Of a stretch of 64,000 nucleotides of DNA, positions 12,194 to 24,210 are shown in pieces. The notes beneath the pieces were generated by a model that saw nothing but the letters and a program-made list of their open reading frames with translations, did no database searches and had not been told where the DNA came from. This DNA comes from Blasia pusilla (lineage: Eukaryota). Each line of letters opens with the position of its first letter. Position 1 is the first letter of the stretch. A program made the translations under genes and the position numbers. The stretch spans positions 34,844,001 through 34,908,000 of the forward strand of contig CM114271.1 in NCBI GenBank assembly GCA_050084515.1, read 5' to 3'.

Positions 12194-15100
12194 ATGCAGA
12201 AGCAGTTTTCTCACAGGAATAAGCATGTGGACGGATGGCTTGCAAGCAGAGGGGAGACACGGGTATCTGATGACGGTCGTGGAAGACAATGGTCTAGAAT
12301 TCACAAACTTTTGAACTCTCAAAGAAATTCAAGTGATTGGGAACTTGAAAAAGCTGAGGCTCAGGTGGAAGAGGTGAGTGCCCCAACCCTTGCTGCTTGC
12401 CAACAAGCAGGTCCTCGGTCCTTGGCCTGGACTCTTCCAGTTACTTGCATGATTTTCATGAGTTTTACACCAGCAGACCGTAAAAAGTATCGCATACTTC
12501 TTCACTTAAGCACTTTCTGGCTGTTGATCTCAAAGTTCTGAACACTGACCAGTAAGTTTTTGAAACAAGGAAGTGAACGAATTATAGCTAGCTCGTACAA
12601 TTGTCTAGTGAGTTGTTCTACATTGGAGTTATGTGAGGACTGTATTTTGCCAGAGTTCATACGTCAGTTTCCTAATCTGAATAGGGAAGCTGGAAGAATT
12701 CCTGACGTTTGATTTCAACTTACCTTACAGACTGAGGAGTTTAATCTCGATGCCAATAATGATTTACGAATTCCTTGATTGCAGTTTACAAAATGGATTT
12801 CGGCGATTACTCAGCAGCCTTCATTTCCTGAAAGAGTCTCAGTAGCATATGTGCAGAGACCTTGGTGGAGAGCTGATGGTTCACAAGCTTTGAGCTCTTT
12901 CGCTTCTAATGATCTGAGACAAGGTGACACCATCCTCCATATACCAGTAAGTTTCCCTCCTTCGTTGTGTAATCTCTTTCTTATCCAGTTCTACTACTTC
13001 CTCCGAGAGCTTAATACTCTCTGTGTGCCTCTACTTTAAGGTCGTGATTCTTGTGCTGTCCCTCGTTTCACTAGCTCAGAGAATAACTCAACAGCAATAG
13101 AACTCGTCATTAGTGAGTTCCGGATTTAGCAAGTGGATACTTTGTGAAGAGATGACATCGAAGGTAAACTTCACAGGATACGGGAATGAGGTGCTTGCTC
13201 CTGAAAGTACTCCGTGATAGTCCAGTTACACGGCTTTCTGATTTCAGAAGTGGTATTAACTAAAGACACGGACTGGACAAAATTTCAGTAACTCTATTTA
13301 CTCGTTACCTCCAGAACTGAAGATGCGGGGAGTGTCGCTAGCTGATGGGATGACTGTTATTAGTTTGCTGCAATCATATATTCTAATGCATTTTGGGAAG
13401 CGTAATTAGCCTCTCCTACTCTGAAAGCTCTCCAAATCTTCTCGGGCCTCTGGGTAGATGGCAGCATGGTGTGACGCATCCTTGACAAGATTCTCCCATG
13501 GACGTCACGAAGTCAAGAACACCCCCTACATCTGGCTGTTTGAGTATGAATAGCCAGATGGGACCGTCACATGCCATCTAGCCTTGGCCAGATATCATAC
13601 CCGGGTGTGTGAACTTTGGCTGTTCTCCCAGGTTACTTCCTCGAAATCCAGTAGTGGAGGGTCTCATTGGTTATGCTCCAGGACTAATTGCGCTTGGAAA
13701 AAGGCGAGACATTCCCCAAAAAATATCCTTCACTGACAAAAAAAGAGATAGAGAGTCCAGCCCAGAAGCTTGAAATCTTGCCATGAAACGTGCAATGTCA
13801 ACACATATAATTGGAAAGGGCCTCTTAATCTATTTTTTCTGTAATCTCTTATCTATTTTTTCCCTGCATTAACTGCCATCTTTGTGGAAGGAGGCATTCC
13901 ACTTGCAAGCACTTCTGCAGATTTAGTGCAAGACCGTCAAACACGGGATTGGACAAATTCACTAAGACTGTCTAATACTTGTGCAATTAAATCTTTCCAT
14001 GTCACCATCACTGAATCCATCACTCTAAGGATCGTTGGTTTGAAACAATCGTGTGCAGGTGGGACTTTGTATGTCAGATATCTGGACAACTGAGGATCCA
14101 AAATCCCTTTATGGCGCTCCATGGGAGGTCAGATTGGCTACAAAGCTTCTTAGAGAACGGTGCGCTCTTCTTTTGTGTGATCGTACATGACACTTGTTAG
14201 ATGTAAAACAACTGTAAAATGTGTGAAAGACTTTCACATGAAAGGACGACTTATTTGAGACTTGAACTATACTTGAATTGAGGGCTTTCCAGATTTACTA
14301 CCGAGGTAAACAACTTAAATGAAATCTCTACTGGAATGTCCTTTAATCTGTAGTCTCTAATCTAAGCCTTCGTATGGTATCGTATTTCAATGTAAAACAG
14401 GTCGAAAGGATCGAGGTCACAATGGGTTTCCTACATCAAGTTACTTCCCAGCTTTGTTCCCCTCCCTATGTTCTTCTCTGATCTGGTACAGCATTATAGA
14501 CAAACGATTTTCACCTCTGATGTTGTCTGGAATGTGCATGGCCAAGTTGCATGGAGTCTTGAGGTCTCCATGCATTCCTCGTATCTTATGGGTACTCAAA
14601 TTAGCTATTAGCTGTTTGGTAAGAGTTTTCGTTTAGAAGGTTTGACATCCTCAATCTATTTCCTACAGGAAATGATCAACATTCAAGACCGCATCATAGA
14701 AGAAGAGGTATATCTGGTAAGGAAGTATGCAAGAGCAACATTCCAAGCTCTTCATGCTTCTGAGACCGCGGGGGCAAAGTTTAGTGAATATGGTAATTTT
14801 TTCTTCTCAGTTTATTCCACCTCTCACTTCAAGTATGGGCTCATCCCGAAGCTCGGTATGCCAGATTGTCTAAGTATTTGAGGAGGAGCTTTTCGTGGTG
14901 GCAACTGATCTGTTGTTCTCTACAATGTGCAGTTTGGGCCTTATCAGTAGTGTACAGCTCAGTGTGTCAGGTGGATGAGACCGATGCAAGACCAGCATCA
15001 ATCTCTGCGCATTACCTTGTGCCATTTTTCGGCTCCAATTTCAGAGTTAAAGATCAAGGTTTGGTTCTTGAAATACCTCGCCCACATCATGGAAATAGCT

Positions 15101-18100
15101 CCCTGGGACTATATTACTGGATGATGTATTTCACTTGGCAGGCAGTCGGATGCTCATACTCCCCATGCCTCCTCCTCCTTCAGACAGTTCCACCAGGAGA
15201 AAAGAGCAGATCTTGAATCAACACTGTACAATACTCAGAACTCGGAAACTATTGTCTCTCTGCCTTAGTCTAATGACCCTGGAGGATACCCTTGGACAAC
15301 AATTGAGCGTTTTCATCATCTGTTTTGCGAATCTTGAGTACATTAAAGCCTCTCCTCTCCTGCTGGACTGGACCTTCAGACCTCGAAATATAAGAGTGCA
15401 AGATCTGGGGCCTTATCATAGATTAGCTACTCTACCCAGTAGGTGAAGCATAATGCAAATATCACGTGAAGAGTTGTTGATTATTACAAACGAAGTAGTC
15501 ACTTCGCATTGCTGACACAACTCTGCTCATACCACAACAGAAAAACAGTATGATTTAGTAGACACTGCGAAGTTTAAGCCACAGGGATCTTGGACTCCCG
15601 GATGTGAAGACCTGGGGGAGCTATCAAGGCATGATTAAACATATCAAAAGTGTTCCCAGATGAAACTTTGAGGTCCAGACTGTGACACCAGGCAGTAAAT
15701 ATAGTCACACACAAACCTATGGATTGTTGGCATCTCATGACTGCAAAAACCTCGATAAACCTACCCATGAGCTGGACTGCAGCAAAAAATTTATCCTACT
15801 TTAAAAGAATCAGGACTGTAATTTTCCCCGTAATTTGACTTAATTGAATTTCTGCGCTGATGAAGACAGGAATTGTGTGGTGATCAATAAACAGTGTACG
15901 TAGAACATGTGGATGAAGGCTTGAAGATTGTTGCGCGCGATGTAACTCGAGGAACACCCCTTGCTGCCGAATACATATCAAGCACATTGAGGGACACCTT
16001 TATATTTCGTGGTGAGGCCAAGTGGTAATTTCCATCCCACGAGGTTAAGTAGAAGTCTCTTGGGTCTAGAAACACTTCAGCGGGTCTTCATGTCGCCATA
16101 CTACTTCAGGTTTTTATGATCACACAGTCCTCACCCAGCCACCTAAGTTGGCAGTCTCAAAATCTCAATGCAAAGTTCTCATAACCTCTTGAGGAACCGA
16201 GTCCTATAATCCAAACCTAACATAATCATAGGGGTCTACAAATACTGATGATATTATACTTTCCAACTGTTGTGCAGGATTCGTTCCAAAGATCAGCCAC
16301 CAGGAAAAAATTACTCTATTTCGTGATGTGCTGGTATGCTCTTACTTCCAGAATCCATCTATACCGAACGACCAAGTTGTTAGTAGGAAGTGTGTCCATG
16401 CGGAACACCTGGAGATGAGAGATGTGTGCAGACTTTTGATCGTGCTTTAGGAAGCTTCAAAGGATTGAGCTTAAGGTTTCCATTACCTCGATATTCACCC
16501 AGTCATGGCAAGTTGGGTAGCCACCATGATCATCACCACAGTCATCCTGTGCTGATGAATTGAACTGGATTGTTAACAGACCATCTCGATCAAGTGATAG
16601 AACCTCTCACATCAGAGTATTTCTCTTGAATTTCATGTATGGTCCTTAATGATTCCAACTTTTTCCTGTTTCCATCTGGTAGGACTTGGTTGATTGGTAT
16701 TCATCTGCACATGGTGCTGTAAACAACAACAGATATTTGACCTGGAGGCTTGCACGGGACACTGTGAAGACTCTGGATCGTCATTCTCAGCAACTAAATC
16801 CTCAGCTGATTGCAACTGGAGCAGAGTTATCCATCGGGGCTAATGGCTTTATTCACCCTTACGTGATCTCCATCTTGGCAACACTGAATTATGCCAAGAA
16901 AGTTATTGTTGAGGAGACAAGCGTCCAGGCTTTCACCACAATTGATTTAATCACAGGAAACGGAACAACCCCTTGGGATGGGGTTCTGACATCTATTGCC
17001 CTAGAAACCACATCTCGTTATAGGTGGAATACGATGGACTGCAAGACATCTCTAAATTCTTCCTTTGAGCTAGCGTTTTCTTCAGCAAAGGCACTTATTC
17101 AAGATCGCCTGTTGAACATTTTAGAAGGATTCTCAACTGATCTAGAGGAGGACCAAGTTCTACTGAATGTTGCGACCTGGGAGGGTTTGAATGAACTTGA
17201 GGATGATCAGTTGCCCTGCCCTTCATGTCGCTGGCAAACAGAGCAAATGAGCTACCATGACAACCTTGCTCTTCAGTTTCGGTTCTCTATGAAAACTTTC
17301 ATCTCTGGAATGGCTTATGAAGTCACTTGTGGATCGGACAAGAGGCAGAGTTCCATTCAAACTCAGGAAGCTGACTGGCATGACTCTAAAATGAAGACAT
17401 TGGGCACTCGTGAAGAGAACAGTTCTTTGCAAGAGGTAGGTTGGACACTCCTTGCTGTAAAGCTTCATATACAGCTGTGAAATTCTTATGGCCCCTGGAT
17501 TGCATCAGATTTTCTCATGGGAAACTTCTTATGTAATCCTTCAAGGTGCATCTACTGGACTGGTGAATCTAACCTCCTAAATAAGGCCACACCAACGAGG
17601 CTGGTAGTTACAGTTGAATGCACCAATTTCATAAGATGAGAAGAAGTTGCATTTTCCTGGCATCTGAATGTTGTAAGTTTCTGATTCCTACAATAGTTCT
17701 TGAAATGGTGTGAAGGGCATGACTTGATGATATCAGGAAGACTAGCAATCAAGGAGATTATGGTATCAGCCAAGGGTGAGCATTCGCTCCGAGAAAAAGT
17801 CCGTGGAGTAGTAGCTTTGAAAGATATACATCAAGGCGAAACTCTCTGCTCCTTGCCTGTAAGAGGACAACCAACTTTGACTTTCCTCTCCAAGTCAAGC
17901 TTAGATGTTCTTCTATGTTGATACACTAGAATCTCCTTGGCCTAGCCTTACTCCTTCACTCGATGTGCGCATAAGATCTCATGTTTCCTCTGCTCAATCT
18001 TACATGACTTGGTAGAGTGATTTAGCAAGGTATTCAAAGAGCCGTCTAGTACGTCCAAGCGTTAGCATCAGGTCCCAGACGCTGTCTCAGTCATGCAGTC

Positions 18101-20891
18101 TACCTGATCAAAGAAGAAGAAATCCTGATTAGAGAAAGTAGAAATTCTCTAAGCAAGTATTGAAATGCAGATGGATGTTGGCTTGTTCAACAATGACTCA
18201 AGCAGCGTTGACAATCCTGTGGATGCATGGGATTTTGCAGCTGCCCGGCTCCTTCGTGAGAGGTTGTAGCTTTTCCTCCAAGACTTACTTTTCTGAAAGA
18301 AATTAAATCTGTTCAAGCCAGAAAAGCATATTCCTATTCATGAGGATTAAACGGTTGATGAATCCAAATTCATCACATGTGTCTAAATTGGATGTGCTCA
18401 TTGCGCAGAGCTAAAGGGAAGGAGTCAAGCTGGGCTCCATACATAGCAATTCTTCCAGAGCACCTCTCAACACCCATTAAATTGCAGTCTCGGGTGAGTA
18501 AGTTCAGATGTTTTAGGTAAGCATGAGCTGATGTTGGACCTTAAATTGGGAGGTGGGGTACTGAGGTTCTACACAGTCTACAATAGATACCTTTGACGTG
18601 TCCCTCTGTTGTCCAAGCAGGAAATCAGGGAAGTCCAGTGGTGGCCCGTAATGAGAGAGCTGGTGCAGGTCCGAAAAGCTATACGTGAGAGCTTTTCCAA
18701 ACTGAGCAGAGCAGAAGTGGCGTGGGCAGAGTACAGTGAATATGGTAAGTCCATGTATAGGGGAATCCGAATATTCGAGGGTTAATTATGAGCATTTCTA
18801 CTTTTCAATCATATCAGTGCCCAGCACTGTTTTGATTGAAATTGGCCTTTTAAGGGTAGAGAATTTCTCGATGTGATGAGGACAAGGCAAGTGATCCTTT
18901 GGACACCAGGTCCCACCTGAAGTCAGCAGACTGATGCGGTGATCCCTTTCACCACATTACATAAAACTTCAAGTGGCGGATCAACGAGGCACTTGAAAGT
19001 TGTTGTGGTCATGATTTTTCTCTCAACCTGTAATCTTGTCTTGGAAAAAATGGATTTACACCATGCGTCTGGAATGTCAGTCGCCAAAGACGGCAGTAAT
19101 TAAGAGCTGTAAGAGTAGTTTAGTAGCAGCCAAAGAGACGGATCGTATGGTGGATCTTATCTGCTTTGGTGGCACCTTGTCTTATAATCTACAATCGGCA
19201 TGCAGAGTGGGCAGTCACGATGGTACACAGTCGAGCATTCACACTCCCTGTCAAAGCTGATGAGCAGTATGATCAGTACGTACTTATGCCGTTCATGGAT
19301 ATGATCAATCATCACTATCGTTACCAGGTGATAAACTGTCCACTAGAGGTTTTTCAAGTTTAGATGTCTATCCTGAACTTGCAAGCCTTCAATCTGCAGA
19401 GCATGCTAGTAGAAATCTGATGCTTGTTTGTGGATCCAGGCTGACTGGATGTCTCAGCCAGTGTGGGATGGCAAGCTGGACATAATCGCTAAGAGAAATA
19501 TTAAGAAGGGCGAAGAGTTGTTCGCCTCATTCGGCCCTCGATCCAACGACAACCTCTTTCTCTACTACGGTACTACGAGTTTCATACACAAGTCATAGGG
19601 ATCATTAGTGCTCGCAGTTTTTGAGTAAGAGTCTTACCAGGAGAGAGATTTCATCGAATGTACAAGATCGAGTACCCTGCTGATGCGCGGTATTCGAAAT
19701 TGAGCCGTGTAATTTGAGGAGGATAAAGAACAAAGTTAGCTATTTCTATTTCGTAAGACTGGAGGTTTTGTATACTCTCCTTGTTAGGTTGATTGTACCT
19801 TCGTTGATTCCCTACCTCACCAAACTCACAACTTCTCACTTGGGACTGCAGGGTTTGTGCTGGAAGACAATCCTTTTGATTCAGTGCAACTATTCGGATC
19901 ATTTGAGGTGAGGAATCATTCCTAGTCTTCAGCGATCATGTCCAGTGCAGATCCAGCTTTCCTCTCGTCCGTAATCTCCTGAGGAAGTCCGCACCTCTGT
20001 GCTGGTCGGTCATGACAGCCATTTTTGAATGGAAGTTTCCAACCGAAGACTCATGCTCACTACAGCAATCTGAGTGATGGCCTGGTCGGCTCCTTACGAT
20101 TCTCATGTCTATCTCCATTTGTCGTCCCAATTATGCAGGAAGCTCTGAATTGGTTCTTGCAACTATGGACCAGAAATTGTGTGAATTCCACCGAAAACTC
20201 CGTGGCAGAATCTCTATGCCAACAAAAAAGCTGGCAATCGCATTGGTCCCAAGTTAAGCACACAGTGGAGGAGATCAGCAGTGGAAGTGGTGCGCAGGGC
20301 AGAGAGTGGGCAGAACTGTTAACTTACTGGGCGGATTTGGGGTTTCAATTCCTTCCGTACCAGCCAGGTCCCACGATATATCCCGGTGGCATCGTTGACC
20401 CAAGCTTTCTGGTCGTTTTCTCTTCTTTCCATGAGGTCATACACTCTCTGAGGAAGCACAACGAAATCGACTCTGCATGGCCAGATCCTTGCACGGAGTG
20501 CAGCAACAACACAGCCATCGGCTCTTCGGCAATCCGACAGTTCTTCGCGTGCCTAGACAACCACCATCCTCCAATTCGAGGACTCCTGGACGGCCACAGC
20601 TGCGAAGCAACGCTCACTCAGGTTCTACTCACAGAGCAGATGCTCCCACGCCCAGCGCTCATCGCCAGAATCTCTGTTGCTCTCAGATGTTTGGAAATTT
20701 TGGCTTCACTCCCCACTACGATCGACGAAGACCGTGAACTATTGAAGAAACGCGATTGTAACCCTGACGAACCTCCTCCCTGCGGAACGACACAAACCCT
20801 CAACCCACTTCTGCAGTTGACCACACGCTACAGGTACCTGAAAAAGCTACTGCTCAGAGCTCCGATTGACAAGCTTCTCGCGCGAGATTGA
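12194..20891 (+). CDS. Multi-exon SET-domain protein lysine methyltransferase (Rubisco LSMT/SETD3-like) with two tandem SET + substrate-binding modules
   Basis: Module 1 exons read FTKWI..ASNDLRQGDTILHIP (12785-12946), PWEVRLATKLLRER/SKGSRSQWVSYIKLLP (14078-14485), WALSVVYSS..YLVPFF (~14932-15058) and GFVP (~16278). Module 2 exons read FLKWC..GVVALKDIHQGETLCSLP (~17697-17858), SSWAPYIAILP, WAVTMVHSRAF..LMPFMDMINH (~19207-19328), IAKRNIKKGEELFASFGPRSNDNLFLYYGFV and a last exon with LPTTIDEDRELL..RYRYLKKLLL. The start exon and some internal exons are uncertain. Confidence 0.8.
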
Positions 20892-21975
20892 TCGCTCGGA
20901 TTTCTGACGAAATTGGGCAGATCTTACGGCGTCCTTCCTTCGGATCTCCTGCTTCCGTGCGCTGAGATATCCAAACGCTTCTGCAAAAGCAGGCGAAATT
21001 CGATGGCAGAAAATAAGAGTCAGCCGACGCTGTAGCATCCTTCCCATCCATGAAATCCCGAGGATCCAACCAAAAGGATTTTCCCCCCCCCGGTCCTATG
21101 GGTATGCAGAGGTCCAAGTGAAGTGAAACCAACTTTCAAAATTCGAAGACCACCGCCCAATCTGTCCCCGATTTATCGCGGCAGTCGTGGAGGAGACATC
21201 TTACGAGGTACGAGCTTTTGCTGAAATCTATGATGACCCGGACTCACGCCCTGGCTCGAAAAGCTGATTACGGCCCCTACTAAATTGCCTAAAGTTGCGC
21301 ACTGAATTGTGTTGGCGACACGTCTTCAAAGCAGGCAGAGGACGTAGAGGGTTTACGTGTCGCTCCGCAGAGTTCTGGCAAGGGCCGGCATTCTTAGAAA
21401 AGCTGGCTAGAAAATGTAGAGAATTCTCGTAATAAATAACTGAAAGTTCTGGAATTCGCTAGACTGGAATCGGTTCCTATTGGAAATTTCCGGGTAAGTT
21501 TAAAACTACCCGAGCCTTGTACTTCTCTTCCTCGAACATAGCCTTCGTTGCAAAGAGAAATCAGCATCAATGGTCTTTCTAAGTCCAACTTTAACACGGA
21601 AAGAAACTTTCAACTTTGCATTTTTTCCTTGGGGTTCTTCATTCTTTTACTTCCTTCACATTTCATGCGATATGTTTCGTAATAGACACATGTGGATGGA
21701 GGTGTGGCACATTTGGTGTATGTGACATGATCTACTTAGAAAGCATTGAATTCATGGCATTATTTTCCTTATACACAAACCTAGTAGTCTTGGTTGCACA
21801 AATTCAATTGTCCATTCTATTTTGATTTGACTACTATGAACATGAGCATTCTAGGTTGTTAGATTTTTATGAGAGAGCACATCTTAGCCCCCAACCTAGA
21901 GCAACCAGCGAGTTGATCCGGAAAACCTAGTAGTCTTGGTTGCACAAATTCAATTTGTCCATTTCCGTGCAACTT

Positions 21976-22483
21976 TGTAACCCCCTCAATGTTTCGTTCT
22001 CTCTTTGTAGATCTCTCACACAATCTCTCACAATGTGCTCTCTCTCTCTCTCGTCAAACCAAATCCATTCTCTTAATGAAAGACGTGGATTACACAAACA
22101 AAACGAGGAGGACCATAGATCCGTCGTGTTCAAACTCTCTCTCTCTCTCTCTTGGAGGTATACCCTTATCCTTCTCCCAAGTTCTCTCCAGGGTAACCTA
22201 TGCTCGAAGGTCCTCTCCTTTGCTCCAGACCTAATATAGCCTCTGATGTAGCACGTCAAGCATTACTTCCTAAAGTGGAAAATCAACTATATTCAAAATG
22301 GGAACTTCCCAAAAATAGTAAATTTTTCTACATGACTCCAAATGAGGATAAAACGAAGGGGAAATTAGCTCTCTAAGGTTATTCGTGGCCTCAACACATC
22401 ATCCTCGACCTCTTGAGACTGTCTTCCACTACTTGCGAAAGTTCTCTACTAGGTCTCACCGATCTATCCTAAAAGACGTGATA
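21976..22483 (-). mobile_element. Diverged solo LTR of Gypsy family B
   Basis: Colinear similarity to 40991-41518 and 50722-51281 (tcaaaccaaa..., ctctctcttggaggtataccc, aacctatgctcg, acttcc..aaagtggaaa, aaacgaaggggaaa, gatctatcctaa..cgtga). It starts tgtaa and ends cgtgata, with no internal domains nearby. Confidence 0.75.
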
Positions 22484-23315
22484 TTGCACGGGCCTAACCG
22501 TAAGCAACAAAATCGGTGCGGGCTCAGCTAATCCGGATGCCCCCTACTGGCTTGGCGGACTTGGATGTGGGCCGCGGGTGTACGAGCCCACACGGACATA
22601 TCTACACGATCTGCGAACACGGACTTTGTCCATGTGAACTGATCCAAACTCTAACACCAAGTCTTGAGGGAATGTAGCCGGACTTCAAAAAGTCAACATA
22701 AAAAGGTGGATGTCTCTAACATGTATCCCTTTAGGGCCCAAATACTCTTCCTCTAAAAATAGTCGTATTGACTTGAAAAAAAAATAAACATTCCAACCTC
22801 TTATGGCTTCTTTCCCTCTTCTAATGAAATTCTGGTCCTATTTTCCTATCTCCATATTTTATTTTCACTCATGTTCAATATTATTTTCTTCATTAGAAGA
22901 TGAAGAGGATTTTTTTCTAACATATTTCAAAACATTTTATGTTTTATCATTCTATTCTATTCCTATCCATTAATTTGTATGGTTTTCGTTAATAAAAGGT
23001 TAACAATTAGTAAAATGTCGATCAACGATAGCTTCCTCTTACATAGGTCAAGAGGGCATAAATGAATTAAGAAATTTTCTTTCCATTTGGGCGTAAAGGC
23101 CCAAACGCTAGTAGGCTCGTCATGCGAGTATTTGCCATTTTTTAAATTAAATGATTTAAGTTATCCATCCTCAATCCCAAATCGTACCCTGTCCCTGTAA
23201 TTGATCCGAAGCGTACCCTCTAAACTCAGACGGTACAGCCCAAAAATAATTGTACATCGTGAAAGACCTATGTCGAAACATGATCGGAACATGTCACTAA
23301 TCCAAGGGGCCACAC

Positions 23316-23505
23316 TCATGAACCACGTATTCCGGAAGTAAAGTTTATTACGATCGATGATAATAAGAAAAATATATTCCCCTTCCCGGCCATGTTTTAG
23401 TCCACGCAAATCATGAACCACGTATTCCGGAAGTAAAGTTTATTACGATCGATGATAATAAGAAAAATATATTCCCCTTCCCGGCCATGTTTTAGTCCAC
23501 GCAAA
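23316..23505. repeat. Perfect-looking 95-bp tandem duplication (2 copies)
   Basis: tcatgaaccacgtattccggaag...ttttagtccacgcaaa occurs at 23316-23410 and 23411-23505. Confidence 0.92.
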
Positions 23506-24210
23506 GTGAGGATTTGTCAAGATGCGCACATGTTTCCCTTTCGTACAGGACTTCTCCCAGTCTGCTCTTCTCTTCCATCCGCTCGTTCTACCCAGAGTTG
23601 CCCCCATCCAATCTTATCAGCCGGCATGAGTGCACGCCTGATCTAATTTCGACTCTTCGGTTGGATACCTACGAATCCGACCCTCACCTCACCTCGTAAA
23701 CCCCGACTCCATTAATCAAGTCGATTTCAAAGCGAAGAAAAGGATTCTCAGTACTGTTGAAAATGCTCTCATCAGCAAGCGACATTTTGGTGGGAGTTGA
23801 AATCCTACATGTGGTAAAGAGCAAAGATTATCCGATATCACTATCTACTTACATGTAATAACTGAAAGGAGTAGCTGACAGAGTGTTCTACTTTCCTCCG
23901 TTCATTGATCCTCTTCGCCTTCTTCCATACCTACAGACGCTGTGATCTTTAGGGTGTACGGGCGTGCATTTATGCTTCACTGGTGATTTCTAAAACAGTC
24001 GGAGATCCGGAATGACCTACGAGGCGTTTATTCGCTCGAAAGTATGTATTTTCTGTGTTTGCGCTGCACGCCGGTGTGCTGTATGTATGTATATACGCTT
24101 CACCAGCTGCGTTTAGGAGGGGACGGATACATAGGTATGCAGGGGAGGAGGATGATCTAGGGGAGTGGAGTGGACAGAGCAACTTGATGATGGAATGGAG
24201 CTCCTCGTTT

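Noticed and set aside
23316-23505. Possible CRISPR-like array
   Set aside because: Only two adjacent units with no spacers, in a eukaryotic context with no cas genes.
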